From NCBI GenBank assembly GCA_045106415.1, contig JBGCEP010000027.1, positions 64,001 through 128,000 on the forward strand: DNA of 64,000 nt. The letters run 5' to 3'. Position 1 is the first letter of the stretch; each line of letters starts with the position of its first letter. Below, piece by piece: positions 19,498-29,466 of this stretch. Source of the stretch: Oligoflexales bacterium (lineage in GTDB: Bacteria > Bdellovibrionota_B > Oligoflexia > Oligoflexales > Bog-1112). The translations under genes and the position numbers were made by a program. A model generated the notes under the pieces. It was not told the origin of the DNA. It made no database searches and saw nothing but the letters and a program-made list of their open reading frames with translations.

Positions 19498-20007
19498 TCA
19501 CTTAGCTCTTTTCTCAAGTTCTGCAAAAACCATATTTTCATGTTTTTTTATGTCCTTACGAGAAAGAACGACATCTTCCATATTATAAACATGTCTGAGA
19601 TTCGGCTTAACATTTCCAGCAAATGCTGTTTCCTCACTCTCATCCAAACCTCTCACACCCATCACAGCAGATCTTTGTCGATTGTTACCAGCATCATTTT
19701 CATCACGGCCTTGTTTCACAGCCTCACGAATCGCCCCAGCAAGACCATCCTCTTCTTTAGAGACCTTATGCGTCACTTTCGTGATAGATATATAAGCAAT
19801 TGCACCCTTCACTTTAACTTGCCAATACATCCCCTCTCTTTCAACACTATCTAAAGTGTCGCCCTTTTTAAGGGTCTGTACCACAGGCGATTTTTTGCTT
19901 GGCTTTGAATACACCAAAGCTTTTTTCTTCTTAACTACAACAGTACCGGCATACAACGGACTGACCATCCAAAACGCTAAAAAGCTTAAAGTTATCAAAT
20001 TTTTCAT
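19498..20007 (-). CDS. Exported bacterial SH3-domain protein
   Basis: Signal peptide; ALVYSKPS..SPVVQTLKKGD...MYWQVKV...YI; AVMGVRGL motif. Confidence 0.8.
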   Translation of the reverse strand: MKNLITLSFLAFWMVSPLYAGTVVVKKKKALVYSKPSKKSPVVQTLKKGDTLDSVEREGMYWQVKVKGAIAYISITKVTHKVSKEEDGLAGAIREAVKQGRDENDAGNNRQRSAVMGVRGLDESEETAFAGNVKPNLRHVYNMEDVVLSRKDIKKHENMVFAELEKRAK

Positions 20008-20211
20008 AATAAGCCTCCTTCAGACTTCATAAGCCACTTCGACCTCACACAGCAAAGCCTTGAGCCTTATGTCTTCACACCTAAAAAACAGCATGAATTC
20101 AAAGAGTTCTTCATTGAGTATCATGAATGATTCAAAGGTGAGAATATAGAGACTCAGAAGAACCTCAAATTCCATGAGGCCTTCTAAAAAGAAAAAACAT
20201 ATGAATTTCAA

Positions 20212-21417
20212 TTAAGTAGGGGGCATAAGCCGAACAAAGGTTTTTTTCCCTTTTCGAACAACCACACCTCGCTCGGTAAGATTCACCTGGCTATTTGGGT
20301 CGGTTTGCTTTTCACCATCAAGGTGTATCCCTCCTTGTTGAACAAGCCTTCGCCCTTCCCCTTTTGATGGGACCAACTTGGCTTCAACAAGAAGGTCCAG
20401 CAAAACACCTGACGTCACTGAAACAGTAAACTCAGGAGCACTCTCCCCATCTTTTTTGCTAAAAAGCTCACGTGCTTTCTTAGCCAGGTCACTAGCAATC
20501 TCAGCACCATGAACAAAACTAGTGACAGCTTCCGCCAAAGATTCTTTTGCTTTGTTAAGAGTTGCGCCACCCTCTTTTGTAAGGTCTTCAACAGTCTCCA
20601 GTGAGAGATCTGTTAACCATAACAAACACTTCCGCACAACCTCATCTTCAACATTTCGCCAGTACTGGTAAAAATCCCATGGAGATGTAAGCTCTGGGTC
20701 CAGCCAAACAGTTCCTTTTTCTGTTTTTCCCATTTTGCGGCCATCAGAGGTTGTTAAGAGAGGCACAGTCAATACAAAGCTCTGTTTTTGATCCATTCTC
20801 CTTATAAGATCAACACCTGCCAGCATATTGCTCCATTGGTCATCGCCACCCATTTGGACTGTAAGATCATACTGGCGGTTCAACTCGCGAAAGTCATACG
20901 CCTGCAAAAGCATATATCCCATTTCAAAAAACGTCAGCCCACTTCCGAGACGAGCTTTAAAAGCTTCAGCTGCTAACATTTTGGAGACTGGAAAGTGGCT
21001 CCCAACTTCTCTCATAAATTCTAAAAAGTTGAGTCCTGACAACCACTCAGAATTATTTACAAATTGACCTTGCCCTTCCCCTAGCTGCAGCACACGAAGA
21101 AACTGTGCCGTTTGGCATGCGATATGCTCCTGCACCTTGGCATCGTCTAACAACTGTCGCATTTCAGTTTTCCCTGAAGGATCACCAATACGCCCTGTAC
21201 CACCACCTAGAAGGACAACAACTTTATGTCCGCTTTGCTTCCATCGTTTCAGAGCCATCAAAGGCAACAAATGCCCAGCAGTTAAACTCGGTGCTGTGGG
21301 GTCAAAGCCAATATAAGCACTACGAGGTTGTTCCTTCATATGCTTTTGAAGTTCTTCTCGATGACTTATTTGAGCCACCATTTCTCTTGCTTCCATTAAC
21401 TCAATAAAATCAGTCAT
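20212..21417 (-). CDS. tyrS: Tyrosine-tRNA ligase
   Basis: YIGFDPTAPSLTAGH, LLQAYDF, GGDDQWSN, KMGKT, C-terminal S4. Confidence 0.97.
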   Translation of the reverse strand: MTDFIELMEAREMVAQISHREELQKHMKEQPRSAYIGFDPTAPSLTAGHLLPLMALKRWKQSGHKVVVLLGGGTGRIGDPSGKTEMRQLLDDAKVQEHIACQTAQFLRVLQLGEGQGQFVNNSEWLSGLNFLEFMREVGSHFPVSKMLAAEAFKARLGSGLTFFEMGYMLLQAYDFRELNRQYDLTVQMGGDDQWSNMLAGVDLIRRMDQKQSFVLTVPLLTTSDGRKMGKTEKGTVWLDPELTSPWDFYQYWRNVEDEVVRKCLLWLTDLSLETVEDLTKEGGATLNKAKESLAEAVTSFVHGAEIASDLAKKARELFSKKDGESAPEFTVSVTSGVLLDLLVEAKLVPSKGEGRRLVQQGGIHLDGEKQTDPNSQVNLTERGVVVRKGKKTFVRLMPPT

Positions 21418-21507
21418 GCCTACCTCGTATACTTGCGTTCACACGAGGCTGCTACATACCATATTTAAGAAGCAAACGCTGCAATCTATACTTCATCGGA
21501 GAAATTC

Positions 21508-22062
21508 ATGCCTCTTCTCACCGAGCTCCCTAAGCCTGTCCTCTTTATAGGAGCTGCTCATTCAGGGAAATCCATTTCCGCTATGGACACTATGAAAAAA
21601 ACACAAGGAGCTGATATTATAGGAACTTGTGACCCCGCAGACCCTTTCTTCACAGAAAAAATCACCAATCTAAAAAAATTTCGTCCCTCGACTTGGTCGA
21701 GTCACGACTCTGCCACAAACCTTCTTCAACAACTTTCTCAATGCCAGCATTCACAAATCCTCATTGACTCAGCATCTCAATGGTTAGCTCACATCGCACT
21801 TTCAAGTACAAAAGAACACTATGAAGCCATTGATCAAGAGATAAAAGAGCACGGCCTTCAACTCGCACAAACCATCGTTGACATGTCCGACGCAAAAAAC
21901 ATAACAATAACAACAGCTGAAGCTGGCTACGATTTTTCACCACAGAACCCTGTTTCTCGAATATTGAGAAATAGAATTTGCGAACTCAATAAAGAACTTG
22001 CACGAATTTCACGTTCCGTTGTCCACGTAGTTGCAGGTATCCCCCATGTCATTAAAAAATGA
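21508..22062 (+). CDS. cobU: Divergent CobU/CobP-like adenosylcobinamide kinase/guanylyltransferase homolog
   Basis: IGAAHSGKS P-loop, RP..W, ILIDS..QWL, AEAG, N.ELA....V..VVAGIP. Confidence 0.65.
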   Translation: MPLLTELPKPVLFIGAAHSGKSISAMDTMKKTQGADIIGTCDPADPFFTEKITNLKKFRPSTWSSHDSATNLLQQLSQCQHSQILIDSASQWLAHIALSSTKEHYEAIDQEIKEHGLQLAQTIVDMSDAKNITITTAEAGYDFSPQNPVSRILRNRICELNKELARISRSVVHVVAGIPHVIKK

Positions 22063-22139
22063 TTCGGCAAAACATTCACCTCCAGAGAGGTGGCACACAA
22101 CCGATAGGTCTACCGTATGGATAGAACAAAGAGCTTCCA

Positions 22140-22988
22140 ATGTTAGCCAAGGTATTTCAAAACTTATGCACCGCCTTCTTTCTCGTTGGTTGCACCTATT
22201 CCAATGCTCCAAAAATACAAGTTTCAGTCGACAACCTCCGAGAAAAAAAACAAATTCAACGCGTTCTTGTGCTCCGCAACCCATTTCTACCTGAACACAT
22301 TACCCATGAGCAACTTGTCGATCACGCCGACAGGACTTGGCCAGAAAGAAATGTCAAAAATTCTCTACAGATTGAAATCTTATCTGAAATTCACATGAGT
22401 CAATTTGCACAAATTATGCCATTAGAATGGTATCGAGAATTAAAAAACAACCCTTCTGAATGGGAGGATTCTCAACAAGAACAATATCAATCAATACATA
22501 CACCAGATCCTTTACTACTCAAAAGACAGCACAAAACTCAAGGAAACGCACAGATTCAAGATCCAAGAATTCTGGTCCAAGGTGTAAAAAATGAACATGA
22601 AATACTTTATCATTTAAACTCTTCCTTTGAAGAAAAAAACTCTGAAAAGATATTTCAAATTTTCGATCAAGAAAAAAAATTTTTTGCAAATATCGCTCGT
22701 TTAAATACATGGATGTTTCAAAAACTCGATGTGGATTATTTAGTTCTTATTGATATTAACGGTGACGAAAAAGACTACAATGCAGGCAAAAAAGTTTTAT
22801 TTCGAGTGACTGTCATCGATTCAACGACAGGGTGGATCCGGGCTTCATTGACTTTACCTATACGCCAAGGGACACTTGAAATGCCGTTTCCTTCACGACT
22901 TGCTCTTGTTTCAACTAGAGCCTTTGACGAACTTCGCGACTTCGAGGATTTGATAGAACTTCCAGAGATAACCTCAGCTGAACCCTAA
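22140..22988 (+). CDS. Hypothetical lipoprotein
   Basis: FFLVGC lipobox; 282 aa. Confidence 0.65.
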   Translation: MLAKVFQNLCTAFFLVGCTYSNAPKIQVSVDNLREKKQIQRVLVLRNPFLPEHITHEQLVDHADRTWPERNVKNSLQIEILSEIHMSQFAQIMPLEWYRELKNNPSEWEDSQQEQYQSIHTPDPLLLKRQHKTQGNAQIQDPRILVQGVKNEHEILYHLNSSFEEKNSEKIFQIFDQEKKFFANIARLNTWMFQKLDVDYLVLIDINGDEKDYNAGKKVLFRVTVIDSTTGWIRASLTLPIRQGTLEMPFPSRLALVSTRAFDELRDFEDLIELPEITSAEP

Positions 22989-23199
22989 GCCTTCAAGCGA
23001 TAATTAACAAAAATGACATAATTCTAATCCTACAATATTACAAAATGCACTATCTTTGATTCCTAAAAACAAACTTTAGGACAAATTTTTAGTAAAACCA
23101 ATATCTCTATTTTTAAACAGGCTTCAGCCAAAGACTTGCTCATTCTTGACGATTTGAGTTAGAAGAGTTTATGGTGTTTTTACAAAATCTGAGGCTGTT

Positions 23200-24177
23200 A
23201 TGAAACGATTCTTGACTCTTGTATGGATTTTATTTTCAACTTCTTTATTCGCAAAATCCAAACAAGAAAAATACAAACTTGAACAAATCAACACTCTCAT
23301 TCAACCACTCCCTCATCATCAAATTTTTTACCATTGGACTCGGCCAAACAAAGCAAAACGACTTGTTTCGCTTGGCTATCTTTCAATCCCTCGCTTTCAG
23401 GTCACTATGCACGTTGGAACGAAGCTTGATAATTTAACACTCCACGCTGGTCGAGGGATGTATATCTCTGAGCGTTACGACAATTGTTCAAAATATGGGG
23501 ACACCCTCATCGAAGTTCATGCAGTAGCTGGCACGCCTTACCTAGATCTCACACACCCTCAAACAAAAAAAAATATGCAAAGACTAAACATCAAACGCCG
23601 TGATGTCTTTACGCTAAACCCAAATGCACTCATTCGTTTTGACGAGACTCATCAATGGTGGGTCATAAAAACACGTGAAGGAATTTCTTTTGCAAATTTC
23701 CATGAACCTGATGTTTTTCGGCTTTTACGAAGTTATCGAAAATTCGTAAAAAAAGGAGACACCCCCGAAAATTACTCTCAAATACTTCCCATTTTAAGAA
23801 GAAACGTTGTCACCCAACGTGAGGGAATTCGAAAACTCACAGAACAAGAAGCTCAACCCTCTCTTCAACCTTCACCGCCCCAGAGCCTTTACCTTTGGCG
23901 AGCAGACGCTAGTTGTGGCTGGTATACAAAAAACTATCATCTCGTACAAGATGACATCTCTGATGATTTTTGCCGAGATCAACGCCAACCGACATACTCA
24001 TGGCACAAGGGCAATTGTCGCGAAACCGTAAGAGGTTATCCTCAAATCATAATTAAAGAAAGCGTAGACTCAAGACATTGCCCGATAAGATTTAGGCATA
24101 AAGGACGTTGCGCAAAACTTCGTGGAAATGAAATTCGTTATATCAAAGAATCTTATTGCCAAAATGCAGGTCTCTAA
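23200..24177 (+). CDS. Exported protein: putative ADP-ribosyltransferase-like N-domain + Cys-rich C-terminal repeats
   Basis: Signal peptide MKRFLTLVWILFSTSLFA; FYHWT, AGRGMYIS...SKYG; three Cys-paired repeats at the C-terminus. Confidence 0.5.
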   Translation: MKRFLTLVWILFSTSLFAKSKQEKYKLEQINTLIQPLPHHQIFYHWTRPNKAKRLVSLGYLSIPRFQVTMHVGTKLDNLTLHAGRGMYISERYDNCSKYGDTLIEVHAVAGTPYLDLTHPQTKKNMQRLNIKRRDVFTLNPNALIRFDETHQWWVIKTREGISFANFHEPDVFRLLRSYRKFVKKGDTPENYSQILPILRRNVVTQREGIRKLTEQEAQPSLQPSPPQSLYLWRADASCGWYTKNYHLVQDDISDDFCRDQRQPTYSWHKGNCRETVRGYPQIIIKESVDSRHCPIRFRHKGRCAKLRGNEIRYIKESYCQNAGL

Positions 24178-24191
24178 AAAAAGGCACAATT

Positions 24192-25403
24192 ATGAAATAC
24201 TTTTTTTCACTACTCACTTCCATCATTGCTCATAATTCATTCTCCTGCCCAGAAGTTTTTGAAAAATGGCCATTGGAGTGTGAGATTCACGACCGCTACC
24301 AAGCCGTAAAAGAAAACTTTGACCACGAGTTTGATTTAGACGTTAGGTTTCTCACTGAATATAGAACAATTCGCCTCATTCCAAGAGCTCTTATAAGCCA
24401 AGTGAAACCGACCTCCGTCCAAAATCCATGGGATTATTATCAAGATCCTCTCTCTTGGCAGTATTGGGAAAAAGGTTCACATTTTATGGAGTCACTCGCG
24501 ACAGAATTGTCGAATTCAAATCAAAACTTCAAACTGATGCATCTTCAACACCTTCATAAAAAGCTCATTGATAAAAAAAGAATAATCATGGGAAAGAGCC
24601 GATACATCCCAGGAGCCAAGCCAGGAAAACTTCGCGCTTGGCACAGTATTTTCCCTAGTGTCATCGCTTTTGCACGAGATCAATTTGATAGCCCACTATC
24701 ACCAAAACAATACGCATATCTCAATAACTATGATATCAAAGATCAAAATGACCGATCTGTTCTTCGTTTACGCTCAGGACTCAGCACTCAAGAAGGACAA
24801 CTCGCTGTTCTCTATTATTTAGAAGCTCATCGCATAGAAGGTGTGCTCCGTCATAAAATTAAAGAATTTAATAAATCATGGCGTGCTTTAAAAGCCAACG
24901 ATACGACACAAAATATTTCACCCATTGAACTCGCAGCGACTTTTCAAAAAACTCTTATTTCTATACATCCATTCCATGAGGGGAACGGCCGCGTCACACG
25001 TTTAGTTGAAGATACAATCTTGACCTCTTTCGGGCTCCCTTATGTACCAAGCGGTGACCTCACTGATGATTTACTCGATCCTATCGAACAATACGCAGCA
25101 AAAACACGTACAGCTCTCCTTAATCTCGTCCAATCCTTAGAAAACTGCCTTAAGCATCACCGAAGATCAAAACTTACACAACAACCCGTCCCACCCATGT
25201 GTAGAACACTTTATCACTCGAATCCTTTTGATACAGCTCAGGAACAAAAAGAAAGGCGCCTTATGCGCCTACGTGTCTTAAAAGCTCTACCTAAAGATCA
25301 AGAACATCCTCTTGGGACCACGGGCCAGAAAAAAGAGTCTTGGAAAAATTTTATAATCAAAAAATGGAAATCACAGCCTTCTTTCTCAATTTTAAAAAGT
25401 TAA
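24192..25403 (+). CDS. Fic-domain protein with signal-peptide-like N-terminus
   Basis: IHPFHEGNGRVTR canonical Fic motif; start moved to ATG 24192 (MKYFFSLLTSIIAHNSFS). Confidence 0.85.
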   Translation: MKYFFSLLTSIIAHNSFSCPEVFEKWPLECEIHDRYQAVKENFDHEFDLDVRFLTEYRTIRLIPRALISQVKPTSVQNPWDYYQDPLSWQYWEKGSHFMESLATELSNSNQNFKLMHLQHLHKKLIDKKRIIMGKSRYIPGAKPGKLRAWHSIFPSVIAFARDQFDSPLSPKQYAYLNNYDIKDQNDRSVLRLRSGLSTQEGQLAVLYYLEAHRIEGVLRHKIKEFNKSWRALKANDTTQNISPIELAATFQKTLISIHPFHEGNGRVTRLVEDTILTSFGLPYVPSGDLTDDLLDPIEQYAAKTRTALLNLVQSLENCLKHHRRSKLTQQPVPPMCRTLYHSNPFDTAQEQKERRLMRLRVLKALPKDQEHPLGTTGQKKESWKNFIIKKWKSQPSFSILKS

Positions 25404-25430
25404 AAACAGAGGAAGAGGGCCACAATAAAA

Positions 25431-26114
25431 CTAGCGATTTGCAATCACAAGTCTGCAAGCTCCAAATAAAAAAGAAACCTGCTCAACACTCTGAAAACCT
25501 GCCTCTCGAAGTTTCAATTCAAGAGCATCCGCAGAATTAAAATCTTCTACACTTTTAGGCAAATAACGGTAAGCACTGCTATCACTCAGAGCACCACCAA
25601 TACGCGGCAGAATTTGATGAAAATAAAACTGAAAGAAACGACTCAGCATCCCTGATTTTGGCAAGAAAAACTCTAATATCAATAAACGCCCACTTGATGT
25701 CAACACTCGGTGAAACTCACGAATTGCTTTTTTCTGATCAACCACATTACGCAAGCCAAACGATATAGTCACACAATCAAAGCTATGTGGTGCAAAAGCT
25801 AAGGCTTCTGCGCTCATCGTTTGTAAATCAGCAACAATATTATGTTTTTTCAGCTTCCGCTCACCGAGAGCTAACATTCCTTTTGAAATATCAACTCCTT
25901 GCAAATGCGACGTTTGATTCGATGCTGCAATCAAAACATCAGCAGTACCTGTTGCCACATCTAATAGTCGTGCATTTTTGGGAATGTTTCGTATAAGGTG
26001 ACGACGCCATCGGCGATCTTGTCCAGCACTCAAAATTAAATTTAACATATCATAGCGAGGAGCAATTTTATCGAACATGCCCGCAATTACCTGCTCACTT
26101 TGAGGCTTTACCAT
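25431..26114 (-). CDS. ubiE: Ubiquinone/menaquinone C-methyltransferase
   Basis: MFDKIAPRYD, LDVATGTAD, ISFGLRNV, AYRYLPKSV. Confidence 0.93.
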   Translation of the reverse strand: MVKPQSEQVIAGMFDKIAPRYDMLNLILSAGQDRRWRRHLIRNIPKNARLLDVATGTADVLIAASNQTSHLQGVDISKGMLALGERKLKKHNIVADLQTMSAEALAFAPHSFDCVTISFGLRNVVDQKKAIREFHRVLTSSGRLLILEFFLPKSGMLSRFFQFYFHQILPRIGGALSDSSAYRYLPKSVEDFNSADALELKLREAGFQSVEQVSFLFGACRLVIANR

Positions 26115-26211
26115 GCGTGTACCCTTTCAAAAAATCATAGAAAACAGCATATGTAGGATATGCGGAAATAGACCTGTTTGAAAGAAGTGTTTTGCATTTC
26201 ACTTATAAAAA

Positions 26212-26472
26212 CTAACTTGCACCTTGATCAGTAACTTTTTCTAATTGTTTACGAATCAAATTTTGGCAAAAATCTGCAAGAACCACAGGATCCTCACCAT
26301 GACAGATCAAAGACCCAAGACGATGGGCCATTAAACCTGAAATTTCATGAGGCTGAGTTCCTGCCATCACACAGTCTAATATCCATTCGTCAAGCTGATC
26401 AGCAAAATTTTTCATCCTAAGAACATCTTCAGCTTGTCGTCGATCTTGCGGAAACTGAATCACATCACCCAT
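26212..26472 (-). CDS. Small hypothetical protein
   Basis: ATG 26472 (MGDVIQFP) preceded by GGAGGTGA RBS. Confidence 0.6.
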   Translation of the reverse strand: MGDVIQFPQDRRQAEDVLRMKNFADQLDEWILDCVMAGTQPHEISGLMAHRLGSLICHGEDPVVLADFCQNLIRKQLEKVTDQGAS

Positions 26473-26500
26473 CACTTCACCTCCTGTCTTTGACACAGCC

Positions 26501-26508
26501 TTATCGGC
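26501..26508 (-). promoter_or_regulatory. Putative sigma28-type -10 box
   Basis: Exact GCCGATAA on the minus strand, about 30 nt upstream of ATG 26472. Confidence 0.5.
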
Positions 26509-26558
26509 TCTTTCAAGAAAAAGATAAAACTTAACAAATAGTGATTAATAACAGAGCC

Positions 26559-27851
26559 CTACATAAGGGAGTTTGGATTCAGTAAAGCGTCTCTCATCGC
26601 AGCTAAAAACTTAGCTCCACCCTCTCCATCCACTGCTCGATGATCAAACGTCACACCCATTTGACAAGTCGGGTGTATAACAATTTGATTATCCACAACT
26701 ACAGGCTTCTGCGTAATCGTCCCAATACTCAAAATACCAACTTGCGGCTGATTCAATATAGGCTGTGAATGTAAGCTTCCAAACATACCCGGGTTTGTCA
26801 CAGTAAAAGTCCCTCCTTGAGTTTCATGAGACTTGAGCCCACCGTCACGCGCTCTTTGCGCAAGGTCATTTAATGTCTGCGACATCTCTTCCAGGGTCAA
26901 TTCATCTGCTTTTTGAATAACGGGAACCACAAGCCCTTGAGGTGTTGCAACCGCACATCCAAGGCGAATTTCATCGTAATATAAAATATCCGTGCCATCG
27001 ACAGCCGCATTTAAGTCCTCTCGCTTTTTCAGCGCTACGGCTGCTGCTTTTAAAAACCAAGCCGTCCACGTCACTTTTATTGGAGATTTCGACCTTTGAA
27101 TACGAACAGCTTCCAAATCCATCTCAAACGTTGTCGTGACATGAGGAGCAATTTTTTCAGAATGCACCATGTGCTCTGCTGTCAAACGGCGCACTCGGCT
27201 CATTTCCTCCCGGCGGATCTTGACACCATTTAAATACTCATCCCCATCAATACGATCTACTTTTAGCCGCTCGACTTCAGCACGATACAGCTGAGGCCCT
27301 CCTGAAGAAGAGTCTTGGAGGTGGAGAAGAATATCATCGCGCACAATACGCCCTTCTGGGCCACTACCAATGATATCGCTCAGTGCCACTCCCTCGTCTT
27401 TCGCCAATCGGCGAGCAAGAGGCGTTGCTCTAACAGGACCTGCATATGAACCAGGTATTCTTACAGACGATGCAATACGGCCGACATCACGGGAGGAAGG
27501 TTCTTTTTTATTCTTCCTCCCGGCACCAGTCGCAGGCTGAGAATGGTGAAGGTTGGAAGGTTGAGGAGGATGATCATCACTCATAACGTCAGCAATCCAC
27601 GCCACTGCATCACCCACTTGAATCGTCTGTTCAGGATGGACGTATTGAGCAACAAGATACCCACCCTGGGTCGCTGATATCTCTGTATCAACTTTATCGG
27701 TCGAGACATCTAAGATAGCCTCTCCTTGCACAACTTTATCACCCACAGATTTTAACCAACGTGAAACCACTGCTTCTTGAACACCTTCTCCCATTGAAGG
27801 AAGGCGAGTTGCTTGCCCTTCTATTTCCATAGTTCTGCCCTCAGTTTTCAC
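26559..27851 (-). CDS. 2-oxoacid dehydrogenase E2 (dihydrolipoamide acyltransferase)
   Basis: Lipoyl domain STDKVDTEI, E3-binding ATPLARRLA...GSGPEGRI, catalytic TFDHRAVDG. Confidence 0.93.
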   Translation of the reverse strand: MKTEGRTMEIEGQATRLPSMGEGVQEAVVSRWLKSVGDKVVQGEAILDVSTDKVDTEISATQGGYLVAQYVHPEQTIQVGDAVAWIADVMSDDHPPQPSNLHHSQPATGAGRKNKKEPSSRDVGRIASSVRIPGSYAGPVRATPLARRLAKDEGVALSDIIGSGPEGRIVRDDILLHLQDSSSGGPQLYRAEVERLKVDRIDGDEYLNGVKIRREEMSRVRRLTAEHMVHSEKIAPHVTTTFEMDLEAVRIQRSKSPIKVTWTAWFLKAAAVALKKREDLNAAVDGTDILYYDEIRLGCAVATPQGLVVPVIQKADELTLEEMSQTLNDLAQRARDGGLKSHETQGGTFTVTNPGMFGSLHSQPILNQPQVGILSIGTITQKPVVVDNQIVIHPTCQMGVTFDHRAVDGEGGAKFLAAMRDALLNPNSLM

Positions 27852-29218
27852 AGGTGAATAGCCCCCCCTAAACCAGCATGAGCGGCTTCTTGAATTGTTT
27901 CACTCAATGTAGGGTGCGGGTGAATAGCTTGCCCAATCTCTTCGAGTGTTGTTTCAAGCACTTTTCCTAAAACAAACTCAGAAATCATCTCCGTCGCTTT
28001 AGTCCCGACAATATGGACCCCCAAGAGCTCTCCATGTACAGGCTCTGAGAGTATTTTAATAAATCCTACAGTCGCTCCATCAATTTTCGCTTTTGCCATG
28101 GGTGCAAATGGAAATTGAGTCTTTTTGTACTCAACACCCAACTCTACAAGTTGTTTCTCAGTTCGTCCTACACTCGCGACCTCAGGATACGTATAAACAG
28201 CTGAAGGATTCGTATCGTAGTTGATACATTTCGGTTGATGCCCAGCCATAACTTCTACAGCATGCAAGGCCTCTGAAGAAGCTGTATGAGCCAATGCAGG
28301 CGTTGCAATGACATCACCAACAGCAAAAACTCCTGAGCAAGTTGTTCTATAACTTCGATCGACAGGAATAAATCCTCGCTCGGTATGTACACCTATCTTT
28401 TTTAAGTTCAATTCCTCAGTCACTGGTTCCCGCCCTATGGAAACCAAAACCTTATTGTATTGTGAGGTTTCCCCATCTTTTAATTTCAATTCACAACCGG
28501 TGTCATGTTCTCTCACAGCTTCAACTTGAACACCTGTTTTAATTTGGACACCTTGTTTTTTAAGCTGCCGAACAAGCTCTTTCGCGCATTCTTCATCTTC
28601 ACTAGGAATCACCTGTTCGCCCATCTCAAGAACATCAACAGCAGAGCCAAAGCGAGCGAAGATAGAAGCAAACTCTAAACCAACAACACCACCGCCAATC
28701 ACAGCCATTTTTTCAGGCACATGATCTAAAGACAAAATAGAATCTGACGTTAAAATATGTTTTCCCGTCGATATTGCAAAGGGTAATTCTCGAACTTTTG
28801 AGCCTGTGGCAATTAAAGTCTTCTCAGCCTTTAAAGTCTCTTCCCCAACTTGGATTGTTTTTGAATCCAAGAAAGAAGCGGCACCTTCAAAGACATCGAT
28901 TTTATTTTTCTTCATCAAAAAACGAAGGCCTTTTCGCTGTGCATCCACAACACCTTGTTTTTTATCCATAATTCTTTGCCAATCATACGCTGGAGTCCCA
29001 ATATCAAAACCTTCTTTTTCAATATCTTTTAACTTGCTCCACACTCTCGCTGATTCAACCAATGCCTTCGTCGGAATGCACCCTACATTTAAGCACGTTC
29101 CCCCTAAATGAGCTCTTTTCTCGATTAAAGCGACTTTCATTCCACATTGTGCAGCTCGAATAGCCCCAACTTCTCCAGCAGGCCCAGCACCAATCACAAC
29201 CAAATCATATATTTTCAT
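27848..29218 (-). CDS. lpdA: Dihydrolipoamide dehydrogenase
   Basis: GAGPAG, GGTCLNVGCIPTK, HPHPTLSE; start moved to ATG 29218. Confidence 0.96.
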   Translation of the reverse strand: MKIYDLVVIGAGPAGEVGAIRAAQCGMKVALIEKRAHLGGTCLNVGCIPTKALVESARVWSKLKDIEKEGFDIGTPAYDWQRIMDKKQGVVDAQRKGLRFLMKKNKIDVFEGAASFLDSKTIQVGEETLKAEKTLIATGSKVRELPFAISTGKHILTSDSILSLDHVPEKMAVIGGGVVGLEFASIFARFGSAVDVLEMGEQVIPSEDEECAKELVRQLKKQGVQIKTGVQVEAVREHDTGCELKLKDGETSQYNKVLVSIGREPVTEELNLKKIGVHTERGFIPVDRSYRTTCSGVFAVGDVIATPALAHTASSEALHAVEVMAGHQPKCINYDTNPSAVYTYPEVASVGRTEKQLVELGVEYKKTQFPFAPMAKAKIDGATVGFIKILSEPVHGELLGVHIVGTKATEMISEFVLGKVLETTLEEIGQAIHPHPTLSETIQEAAHAGLGGAIHL

Positions 29219-29466
29219 CTTTATTCTCCAGCGAGTACAGCATGTGTGCATAAAGAGGTTACCATCGTCACGCTGATTTAAAAAAGAAAACAACCCTCAT
29301 TTTCCACATCAGTCTCAAAAAAACCTATCAAAACAAAAACTTAAACAGACACTAGCTTTTGAGAAAGCTTTCTCAGAAAGATGAAATATAAACTCATGAG
29401 TCACTTTCTTGAGTTTTGTTTTCAAAGCTCCGATCCGTAGATGGAGATATAAAAGGAGAAAAAAAG

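Noticed and set aside
20020..20211. 63-aa ORF between the SH3 gene and tyrS
   Set aside because: TTG start, no RBS, low-complexity; probably the promoter region
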